Shown: positions 49,401 through 57,012 of the stretch, one piece after another
Layout: each line of letters begins with the position of its first letter
Position numbering within the stretch: position 1 is the stretch's first letter
Source of the DNA: a virus
Taxonomy: Duplodnaviria; Caudoviricetes
Length of the DNA: 64,000 nucleotides
IMG/VR virus record: IMGVR_UViG_3300025141_000077
Coordinates: 712 to 64,711 of that record
Direction: 5' to 3' (one strand)
The notes under the pieces: model-generated
Database searches by the model: none
Told to the model about the DNA's origin: nothing
The model's input: only the letters and a program-made list of their open reading frames with translations
Translations under genes and position numbers: made by a program

Positions 49401-49825
49401 CTTCGCTTCCTTCTTATTAATTTGCCGTCTACACGACTTCTATCTCCGCCGTATCGATTCTTGCCGTGGACTCCACCGCTTTGATAACCCATACCTGCGT
49501 GCTTCTTTACATCAATCATAATTGCTTTGTGGTTTACATCCTTGTCAGCAAGTGCCTCAAAGAATTGCCGTAAGAAATTATCTATGTCGCTGTGTTGAAT
49601 CACTGCTGGGTTCTTGTTGAACCACTCTGCTGCACACTCTCTCACTGACTTGCTTAGTTTCTTATCTGCTGGATATATATTCAGCATAGGTCGGGAACCT
49701 TTCAAGCGTATCATATAATTATTTAACTCAGCAAGGACTGATGCCGGAGGCATCGCTGCTTCCTTATCTTCCTGCTTCATAATTTCCACCATACGCCGTG
49801 TTGTGCGTAATAACTTCTGCTCCAT
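49397..49825 (-). CDS. Hypothetical early protein
   Basis: Operon continuity. Confidence 0.6.
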   Translation of the reverse strand: MEQKLLRTTRRMVEIMKQEDKEAAMPPASVLAELNNYMIRLKGSRPMLNIYPADKKLSKSVRECAAEWFNKNPAVIQHSDIDNFLRQFFEALADKDVNHKAIMIDVKKHAGMGYQSGGVHGKNRYGGDRSRVDGKLIRRKRR

Positions 49826-50133
49826 CCAACAACTTTATCCGGCACATATGAACAGGGCGTTGCTGATGTATCTTCCCTAAAGCAAGAACATACTATGCCG
49901 GGTAATAACCCGTAGTGTGCTGCTTTTTCTTTTCTATAACGCTTCATTTTCCTATCCGGCGTATCTTCGGTTCCAGCATAAGTAGAATACTTTGCTTCAA
50001 CCTCTTCTTGCTTCTTTCTTATTGCGAGCGCAATTAGAAATGCTTTTTCTAACCCCTGCCGTATATCTGATGGCAAGGATGCGAGCGGTCCTATGTCACG
50101 CTCTAATTGTTTTTGCTGTGTTTTATTTAACAT
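49777..50133 (-). CDS. Hypothetical early protein, first gene after the control region
   Basis: GAGGAGG SD; promoter at 50201-50219. Confidence 0.65.
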   Translation of the reverse strand: MLNKTQQKQLERDIGPLASLPSDIRQGLEKAFLIALAIRKKQEEVEAKYSTYAGTEDTPDRKMKRYRKEKAAHYGLLPGIVCSCFREDTSATPCSYVPDKVVGWSRSYYAQHGVWWKL

Positions 50134-50200
50134 TGCTTTGCTTTCCTCCTCTATTAATTATGCCGTCTTGCGGTTGCTTAATAGACATTGCTCTAATGTC

Positions 50201-50221
50201 AGGGTTATATATAAACCCTTC
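50201..50221 (-). promoter_or_regulatory. TATA promoter flanked by a 6 bp inverted repeat
   Basis: AGGGTT ATATATA AACCCT. Confidence 0.65.
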
Positions 50222-50225
50222 TTCC

Positions 50226-50620
50226 AGCATAAAAATCGCGGGTATCAAGCGCTATGCATATACTATACTGCTAAGCATATGTATAGTAAGCATATGTTAA
50301 GATATATTATGCTTTAGTATTACTAAGCAAGATATATTAGATATGTGCTCTATTAAGCATAAAGAGAGAGAGTGCTCTATATAGTATAGTATACGTATGC
50401 TTATAATTTGTCCTTAAACGTATGCTTTGGGACTTTCTTTTAACGCTCACACACACACCAAACCAGTTCAGCAAACTAAAACCGACAGTTTATGCTCGAA
50501 TATTAATTTCTCTCTTATGCTATCAGACGTTCTGCTCTTATTCTCTTTTTTTATGCTCTGCCGTCAGGGGTGCTGAGCATACGTTGTCTTTATATAGGGA
50601 GTATATAAAGTAATTATGCT
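50226..50620. repeat. Array of 12 TATGCT/AGCATA hexamers in AT-rich non-coding DNA
   Basis: Copies at 50226, 50274, 50289, 50308, 50356, 50396, 50421, 50491, 50516, 50552, 50576, 50615. Confidence 0.75.
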
Positions 50621-50730
50621 TCTGCCGTCATTCTCATCACGGCGGTCCGTTGCCGTTGCCGTCACCGGTTGTTATGCCGAGAGCGTTCTCATCTACACGG
50701 CAAGGTTCTGCTTCTGCCGTGACCGAACCC
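50615..50730. repeat. GC-rich degenerate tandem duplication built on TGCCGT/ACGGC
   Basis: Two ~55-60 bp units: TGCCG..TTCTCATC..ACGGC..GGT..TGCCGT.ACCG. Confidence 0.7.
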
Positions 50731-50757
50731 CTCTTATTGTCTTTGATTCACTGTAAC

Positions 50758-50799
50758 AAAAAAAGTAAGCAGTTTTTGGTTAAGTCTTGCTCAGGACTC
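50758..50799 (-). terminator. H-type pseudoknot followed by a T7 tract
   Basis: GAGUC-C-UGAGCA-A-GACUU-AACCAAAAAC-UGCUUA-C-UUUUUUU. Confidence 0.55.
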
Positions 50800-50825
50800 G
50801 ACGCTGGTGAGACAGTGGGTAAGTA

Positions 50826-51158
50826 TCAGGGCACTGCAATATCTTTTACGTGTCCGTTTGTTTTTACTCTTTTGATTTCAAATACAGTATCACAACTACC
50901 ACAATGGAATGTTGTTTCGTTTGCAAAATCAGATATCTTGAATTCAAGGTTCCCGTTGATGTTTACACTTACAAGTTCGTCTATTGCACAGTATGGACAT
51001 ACGTATTCACTGAGTCTTATGTCTGGTTCTTCAGCTTCTTTGATGCCTTCTTCCTCCATCATACTCCTAATCCAACCGTGATAGAGTTTTTGGTCATAGA
51101 TACTCAGTTCAAATGCAACTGCCAAACAATTCTTTAGGATTTTAAACATCTTAGTCAT
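50826..51158 (-). CDS. Zinc-ribbon protein
   Basis: CPYC...CGSCDTVF. Confidence 0.7.
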   Translation of the reverse strand: MTKMFKILKNCLAVAFELSIYDQKLYHGWIRSMMEEEGIKEAEEPDIRLSEYVCPYCAIDELVSVNINGNLEFKISDFANETTFHCGSCDTVFEIKRVKTNGHVKDIAVP

Positions 51159-51501
51159 ACGATGGTATTCCCTCAGATTCTATTCTTTCTTCTAAATGTT
51201 TTGGTATTTGCTTGTAATTAAATACAAGGTCAGTTAACCAGTCCATAAATTTGTGTCTGTTACTCATATCGAGTCTTCCATATGCACTGATAATTCCATC
51301 TTCTAAGTATTTGATGTATTTACCTCTTAAGTATCCCAGTGCGTCTGTTTCTCTACTGTATGTTTGGTCGTAGAATATCCTACTAAATTCATAGATGGAC
51401 ATTTCTTCTCTCTCTTTCAGTTCTTCAACTGCGAAAAACATTATTTCATACATTTCTCTCTTAGCCATTTTTGTAGCTTGTTCTTTTGTTATTTTATTCA
51501 T
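51151..51501 (-). CDS. Hypothetical protein
   Basis: GGAGG SD. Confidence 0.65.
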   Translation of the reverse strand: MNKITKEQATKMAKREMYEIMFFAVEELKEREEMSIYEFSRIFYDQTYSRETDALGYLRGKYIKYLEDGIISAYGRLDMSNRHKFMDWLTDLVFNYKQIPKHLEERIESEGIPSYD

Positions 51502-51519
51502 TTGTTGTATTCCTCCGTT

Positions 51520-51565
51520 AAAAAAATTATGGTGTAGAACTGAGCACCCCGCCGCCCAGTCCTAC
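51520..51565 (-). terminator. Hairpin plus T tract
   Basis: 12 bp stem GTAGGACTGGGC/GCTCAGTTCTAC, then T7. Confidence 0.6.
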
Positions 51566-51599
51566 TACTTCTTGCTTTTTATTCAACAGTTAGTTGGAT

Positions 51600-52199
51600 T
51601 TACGCCTTCTTATGAAGTGCCTCCAATCTGGACTCACGGTCTGCAATGAATTTCTTGCATAGTGCCTTTACAGTGATGCCTTTCTGTGCCTCTGGTATGA
51701 ATTCTAAGAGTCCCTCATTACTTGTGGTTATGTGTTTCTCTAATTCTTCAGGGTTGCCTTTGTAGTGAACCAATTCATTAGTTATTTGTTCTACACTCTT
51801 TCGTGCCTTGCGTTTGGTTGGATTCTTTCGAATACCCAAAACAGCGTGCACTTCTGGTGCAAATATTGATTCAAACCATCTCTTGTTTAAAACGACTTGT
51901 TCTTTAGTCATCTTTATCTCTTGATGTCCTGCATCACCAGTTAGTTTAGTTCTTGCTACATTCGCAAATGCGGTTGCCATATCAGGTCGAAGTCCTTTAG
52001 CTCTGTTATCTTTCTTCCAGTGCCTCTTGTTCTCCAAGTCCTCGAACCCAATGGCTCTTAACACGCCTTCATAGTCGCCTGTCCCAAACTTTGTTGTCTC
52101 GTCAGTAAAGGTCATATATGCACCTCGACTTCCGGATTCTTTCTCCAACACGTGATTCCACGTATTTTGCTTTTTCTCTGTTTCTATTTTCTTACCCAT
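51600..52199 (-). CDS. Hypothetical protein (~199 aa)
   Basis: Likely ATG start at MGKKIE; followed by a terminator. Confidence 0.7.
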   Translation of the reverse strand: MGKKIETEKKQNTWNHVLEKESGSRGAYMTFTDETTKFGTGDYEGVLRAIGFEDLENKRHWKKDNRAKGLRPDMATAFANVARTKLTGDAGHQEIKMTKEQVVLNKRWFESIFAPEVHAVLGIRKNPTKRKARKSVEQITNELVHYKGNPEELEKHITTSNEGLLEFIPEAQKGITVKALCKKFIADRESRLEALHKKA

Positions 52200-52605
52200 A
52201 GATTTATTGATGGTCTTGCGTTCATAATCAGTAAGGGAGACCAAACCCAAACCGAGTCAGTTAATTTATTAATCATCATCACATTTATATGATGAAAGAA
52301 AAAAACGATTTCTCTCTCACCCTTACTATTAGTGGAAAGGACTGATTTGAGACCCTCGTAATTGTCTTCGCATTCATTATTGTATTCAATCATTATTGTC
52401 TTAGTAGAGAGCCCGCAGGGCGATTCTTAGTCTTTCCCAAACCTCTTTTTTGATTTGACGTAGAAGTCTCCAATTCTTGCCTCTCTGAGAAAGATATTCC
52501 AATATTCTTCTTTGGATAATTCTTCCTTTTCTTCGAAAGTCATTTCAGGTGGATTCTTCCTATATACATATGTTTTACCATCTTTTTCATAGAATTTAGT
52601 CATTC

Positions 52606-52902
52606 TTAATCCCTCTCAGTGAGTCCAACAGTTCTTAAATCTGTCTTTTCATTCCAATGTTCATCTGATGACTTAATCTGTTCACGTAGAGTTTCCATAT
52701 CTGGGCGATTTCTTCCCTCTCTCATACACAAACATTGAAAACAGTCTTCTGTCTTAGATTCGTTATATGGGGTATCACAGAATTCACATATAGGGTCTGT
52801 CTTATACGACTCTTTTTCCCTATCTATGAGTTTCTGTAGTTTCTTACTAATAGGTTTCTTGTTCTTATTAGTTGACTGGTGGAGGTCTCTATATTGACTC
52901 AT
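52606..52902 (-). CDS. Zinc-finger protein
   Basis: CEFC...CFQC; start reassigned to the ATGA overlap at 52902. Confidence 0.6.
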   Translation of the reverse strand: MSQYRDLHQSTNKNKKPISKKLQKLIDREKESYKTDPICEFCDTPYNESKTEDCFQCLCMREGRNRPDMETLREQIKSSDEHWNEKTDLRTVGLTERD

Positions 52903-53018
52903 TGCATCCACTCTGGTAGTTCTATCCAACAAGCGTGACACCTGTGCCCGAATCCTTTATTTGATTCAGCCATAGGTGCCTTACAGTCTTTACAGTTGTA
53001 GTTGCCAATACTAATCAT
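52899..53018 (-). CDS. Zinc-finger microprotein (39 aa; not in ORF track)
   Basis: CKDC...CHAC. Confidence 0.65.
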   Translation of the reverse strand: MISIGNYNCKDCKAPMAESNKGFGHRCHACWIELPEWMQ

Positions 53019-53406
53019 AGTATCCAGCCCCTGTCTGATATGTCTTTCTTCTTACAGACTCACAGTGCAAACAATCATCAAGTCCAGTGCATTGTGGTTT
53101 AGTATTCAGTGCAGAGCCAGTGCCATTACAAGGATAGCAAAGCCCATTATCTATGTGCCCAAAGTGAAGCAGAACGCCTTTTCCATTGCATTTCCAGCAT
53201 TTGGATTTAGCGTCCTTTCTTTGCATATTTCTACGTTGGGTTTGTAGTCCCTTGTATATCCATTCTACTCTGTCTTCGTGAGTCCAGTTTAGATTGTTCT
53301 TGAGTTCGTGTCTTGATAAGGCACGTGACTCGTTAGCCATTCTTGAGATGTCTTCTGGTTCATAACCAGTGTCTTCCCTACATTCTTTTCGAGTTTTGTT
53401 CTTCAT
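53011..53406 (-). CDS. Protein with a DnaJ-type CxxCxGxG zinc finger
   Basis: CWKCNGKG...CYPCNGTG; GGAG SD. Confidence 0.75.
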   Translation of the reverse strand: MKNKTRKECREDTGYEPEDISRMANESRALSRHELKNNLNWTHEDRVEWIYKGLQTQRRNMQRKDAKSKCWKCNGKGVLLHFGHIDNGLCYPCNGTGSALNTKPQCTGLDDCLHCESVRRKTYQTGAGYYD

Positions 53407-53580
53407 TGTTTTACTCCGATGTTTTCCGCATATCTACATTCAGTGTGTATACGTATGTTCATCAGTTCACTATGAACAAGTAAAGAAAGGGTAGGGTCTA
53501 AAGTGACTTCTCTTATTGTCTTATGTATAAGTCCACCCCTTCAAACAAACACTAGAGAATTTTGAGTAGGCAGGGATGTT

Positions 53581-53618
53581 AAAAAAAAATTGGGGACAAA
53601 TTTTGAATCCTGTCCCCG
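53581..53618 (-). terminator. Hairpin plus T9 terminator
   Basis: GGGGACA/TGTCCCC stem followed by TTTTTTTTT. Confidence 0.7.
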
Positions 53619-53624
53619 AAAGAT

Positions 53625-54068
53625 TTACTTGGTATTATCAAGGGCAGTTTTAACTTTCCCTTTTACCAAAGATTTAAGCTGGTCGTCTTTTTCGTCCCAA
53701 GCTGTTAAGACTACTTTTCTTAGAAGTTCATCTTTTACTTGAGCCTTGAGTGTTTCATCAAGTTTTTCATAGGCGGCTGCTTGTGCTTTTGTTAGATTTT
53801 CTTCCAATAGTGCTTCAATTTGAGCATCGTATCTTTTCAGATACTTGTTCAAGATTGGTAGTAGCGCAGCTTTTATGGTAGGATTTGTGTAACACACAAA
53901 AGCTACTAGAGCTCCGACACAAGCCAATAATGCAAGCACCATAGGTTCTTCCAACAAACCACTTTCTTCGACTACGTTTAACAAATCAGCTGTTGTATTA
54001 CCGTCAGTTGCGGTATTATTGTCAGCTGTGTTGTTAGTAGCAGTCTGATTTGATGTTTCGTTTGCCAT
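53625..54068 (-). CDS. Single-pass membrane protein with sequon-rich N-terminus and helical C-terminus
   Basis: NET, NQT, NNT, NNT, NTT in the first 26 aa; TM MVLALLACVGALVAFVCY. Confidence 0.75.
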   Translation of the reverse strand: MANETSNQTATNNTADNNTATDGNTTADLLNVVEESGLLEEPMVLALLACVGALVAFVCYTNPTIKAALLPILNKYLKRYDAQIEALLEENLTKAQAAAYEKLDETLKAQVKDELLRKVVLTAWDEKDDQLKSLVKGKVKTALDNTK

Positions 54069-54131
54069 TTTTCCTCGAGGTGGAACCCGTTGGTATCTAA
54101 ATCAATACCCATTCGGGGTTCCATTATTATA

Positions 54132-55067
54132 TTACTTTTTCTTACTATATATACCTTTTGGCTCACAGGGCTTTTTGTAGAAGGCACACCACTTACAAAG
54201 TGTTTGAGGTACTAATTCATACTGCTCAATGTCGTCCCCCCTTTTCTTTAATTCGTCGTGTATGCCTTTGATAAGGTCCCGCGCTTCTTCGATTACACCG
54301 TCGTTAATGGCGACAAAATAGCAGTCGTCATACCGCAACCAATCGATACCCGCGAATTTTGGGGTTACTCCGGTTTCTTCTTGGTACAATAGAGCATATA
54401 TTATTAATTGGCGGTAGTAGTCGTCAGGTAACCAGTTTCCATATCGCTTACTGGTTTTATAATCAACTATAGAGATATTACCCTCGAAGTCTTTTTGGAT
54501 AACATCTATAATACCCATTATTTTGTATTCTTTATTATGAACTCGCATTTCAGAAAATGTGGGTTTAAGTTGTTTAAAGGCCATATCTTTAGAACGAGCT
54601 ACACCCCAGTCCATTAGTTCGTGCAGCTTCTTTTCGACACGGTGGCAGAAGTTAACGAGTAGGTCTATCGTTTCCCCTTCCATACGGTCTCCGTCAATGT
54701 CGGGGTTCTTCCATAACCACGGCATTTTCTTTTTACGTTCTGTCCATTTCTTACGAAATTCGAGAATCGCCCACTCCTGCGGTTCGGCGTTTCGCCATCG
54801 ACTAGGATATTTAAATTCTTTTTCAAACAGTTCTTCAAGTATTTCGTGAACTATGGTACCCCGGAAAAGGTGCAGGGTTAATTGGTCAGGTAACTTTTCG
54901 ATATATTTGTAATAGAATTGACGAGGACAATGTAAAAAAGTATTTATTTTAGATGGTGATAGACGATTAATACTTGGTGTCCAGTCTATATCTTCAGTTT
55001 CAGGTTCTGTTTCAGTATTCACACTGACAGTGTACGTGACATTAGAGTCACTTTGAGTTTCTTTCAT
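54132..55067 (-). CDS. Cas4/AddB-like PD-(D/E)XK exonuclease with Fe-S cysteines
   Basis: LSPS..CPR, GTIVH, GIID, VDYKT, QLIIY, CKWC.....C; no CRISPR or other cas genes. Confidence 0.88.
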   Translation of the reverse strand: MKETQSDSNVTYTVSVNTETEPETEDIDWTPSINRLSPSKINTFLHCPRQFYYKYIEKLPDQLTLHLFRGTIVHEILEELFEKEFKYPSRWRNAEPQEWAILEFRKKWTERKKKMPWLWKNPDIDGDRMEGETIDLLVNFCHRVEKKLHELMDWGVARSKDMAFKQLKPTFSEMRVHNKEYKIMGIIDVIQKDFEGNISIVDYKTSKRYGNWLPDDYYRQLIIYALLYQEETGVTPKFAGIDWLRYDDCYFVAINDGVIEEARDLIKGIHDELKKRGDDIEQYELVPQTLCKWCAFYKKPCEPKGIYSKKK

Positions 55068-55088
55068 ATTTTTCTAACATATCTAGAA

Positions 55089-55201
55089 TCTATATAAAGG
55101 TTTGGGATTACTACATACGTTAAGCAAAGAAAGCATATGTTAAGGTATTTTGGTACTATATAGTACTATACTATAGAGCTATGAGGAAAAACTTTATAAG
55201 T
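55089..55201. promoter_or_regulatory. Divergent promoter region at the early/late strand switch
   Basis: - strand CCAAACCTTTATATA (55091-55105); + strand GAAAAACTTTATAAG (55186-55200); palindrome GTACTATATAGTAC (55153-55166). Confidence 0.7.
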
Positions 55202-55222
55202 AAATCCAACCAAGTTTAATTT

Positions 55223-56170
55223 ATGGTTCCTGATGATTATGGTGCAATCAGTGTTATTTCAGACGAAGAGAAAGAGATGTTAGGCATTGGTGGTTCCAAA
55301 AAACCTGATGAAGAGGAAGAAAAACTTTTCGAGACTATTGGCAAAGCTGCTGATAAGATAGGAGAAACAAAAGTAGGGCAAAAAATTGGAACCATTATAA
55401 CCGTCGTTTTACTGGCGATATTGAGTGGGGGGGCCAATATGTCTATCATACACGATTATTTTAATGGTGATGAAGAAATTGGTCCCATCGGGGGTTGTTT
55501 ACAAACAGATGCTACTAACTATAACCCTCAAGCTACGTTTGATGATGGAAGTTGTAACTTCTTAATTATTATATATGGATGTACTAACTCTGAAGCTGAA
55601 AATTATGATGACCAAGCTACGCACGATGATGGACGTTGTGTAGTTTTAAACGACGGTAATGGTAGTGCAAATGAAACGGCCATTTATGGTTGTATGGATA
55701 TAGATGCTAATAATTATGATGATAAAGCCACCGAAGATGATGGTTCGTGCGATTATGAGGATGAATATGAAGAACCTGAATGTAATTCTACATCAGTACT
55801 TTTTTATCCCGGATGGTACGACCAAGAGACAGAAAATATGTCTGTTTACTGGGTAAACGAAACAGCTGAAGGCATATCCGTACTGACAGATATAGATGCT
55901 GAGTGTAGTGATTATAATGCGTCTGTATTAGTTTACGTAGACGTTTGGCACGAAGAGTCTGGTGATTATAATTGGACAGATATATATTTAACAATCAATG
56001 GTGATAATTGGGATAACCACTGGTTTAATTTTACTTTTGAAGAACTTAACGAAACAGAAGGTGAATGGTCTATGTGGGTAGCACTACTCGTATGGGACGA
56101 GGTAGATGAAGAATATACATTCCAACAACAGTTTGATATCCCAATGATAAGAGTGGAGGCAGAGGTATGA
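55223..56170 (+). CDS. Membrane-anchored acidic surface protein with three GCxxxxAxNY..A..DDGxC repeats
   Basis: One TM helix, three disulfide-type repeats, ~10 N-x-S/T sequons. Confidence 0.8.
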   Translation: MVPDDYGAISVISDEEKEMLGIGGSKKPDEEEEKLFETIGKAADKIGETKVGQKIGTIITVVLLAILSGGANMSIIHDYFNGDEEIGPIGGCLQTDATNYNPQATFDDGSCNFLIIIYGCTNSEAENYDDQATHDDGRCVVLNDGNGSANETAIYGCMDIDANNYDDKATEDDGSCDYEDEYEEPECNSTSVLFYPGWYDQETENMSVYWVNETAEGISVLTDIDAECSDYNASVLVYVDVWHEESGDYNWTDIYLTINGDNWDNHWFNFTFEELNETEGEWSMWVALLVWDEVDEEYTFQQQFDIPMIRVEAEV

Positions 56171-56294
56171 ACGCAGTTGATGTGCTGCATTTATCCAATA
56201 AGCTAGATATGATACTATCCGAAGTAGATGACGTTAAACAAATGCTAATTACACAACAAATGGAAAAATACAGAGAAGCAAAGGGTGAGGAGGA

Positions 56295-56816
56295 ATGATT
56301 TCTGAATGGCTAATAAAAATATTAGAAATGGCGGCGACTGCTACTGCTTTAGTGGGTATGATTTTAATATTACTCATAACGTATGCTTTTGCCCGAAGAG
56401 TAGCCCCAAAACAAGAAAGGGGTTTGAACAAAAAAGAAAGGAGGACTGAAAATATGAGTAAAGAAGCAAAAGAAGGAGTAACATTTAACGACATCTTTAT
56501 GTTTATGATTGCTGTGCCATTAGTCTTACTCTGGGTTGGGTTTGCAGGATTCGTTATACATAGCGGACTTGGAAACGCAGCAGTTCTTGAGAACATTGAA
56601 GCATATACAACTTTGATAGCTATATTAGGTGGGCCAGCCCTTCTAATTATTAAGGATGCATTAGATGTTTGGAAACAAGAACAAGCAGAGAAGACAGCAT
56701 TCTATAAGATAAAAGCACAATCTGTTATCGATTATAACGATACTGTATTGAAACAAGCTCAAGATATAGAATCTAAAGCACAAGAGCAAGAACATAAGCT
56801 GCAAAGTAAGAAGTGA
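56295..56816 (+). CDS. Multi-pass membrane protein (holin-like candidate)
   Basis: Three hydrophobic helices and a charged C-terminus. Confidence 0.65.
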   Translation: MISEWLIKILEMAATATALVGMILILLITYAFARRVAPKQERGLNKKERRTENMSKEAKEGVTFNDIFMFMIAVPLVLLWVGFAGFVIHSGLGNAAVLENIEAYTTLIAILGGPALLIIKDALDVWKQEQAEKTAFYKIKAQSVIDYNDTVLKQAQDIESKAQEQEHKLQSKK

Positions 56817-56817
56817 C

Positions 56818-56832
56818 CGAAACATTTATATG
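56818..56832 (+). promoter_or_regulatory. BRE-TATA promoter
   Basis: CGAAACATTTATATG; GGAG SD before ATG 56866. Confidence 0.6.
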
Positions 56833-56865
56833 TTAAGCTAACCTATTTTGGTTAAGGAGATAATT

Positions 56866-57012
56866 ATGACACAATTACACCATAGAGAAAAACCCGCATT
56901 ACCTCTAGACAGACACGGTAATCCAATATTACCTGCAAAGAAAGAGGAAGTTGTTGTAAAAGCAAAAGCACCAGCTAAGAAAGCTGCATCAAAAAAGAAG
57001 GCGAAAAAATGA
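56866..57012 (+). CDS. Small Lys/Ala-rich protein (48 aa; not in ORF track)
   Basis: C-terminal KAKAPAKKAASKKKAKK. Two more short coupled ORFs follow, starting at 57009 and 57146. Confidence 0.6.
   Translation: MTQLHHREKPALPLDRHGNPILPAKKEEVVVKAKAPAKKAASKKKAKK

Noticed and set aside
50226-50730. Repeat region as a CRISPR mini-array
   Set aside because: Repeats are only ~6 bp, irregularly spaced and in both orientations.
49992-51137. + strand ORFs at 49992, 50093, 50422, 50650 and 50850
   Set aside because: Antisense to real genes or translations of the repeat-rich control region; no SD.
54132-55067. Cas4-like gene as evidence of a CRISPR-Cas system
   Set aside because: No repeat-spacer array or other cas genes seen; solo Cas4-like nucleases are common in archaeal viruses.
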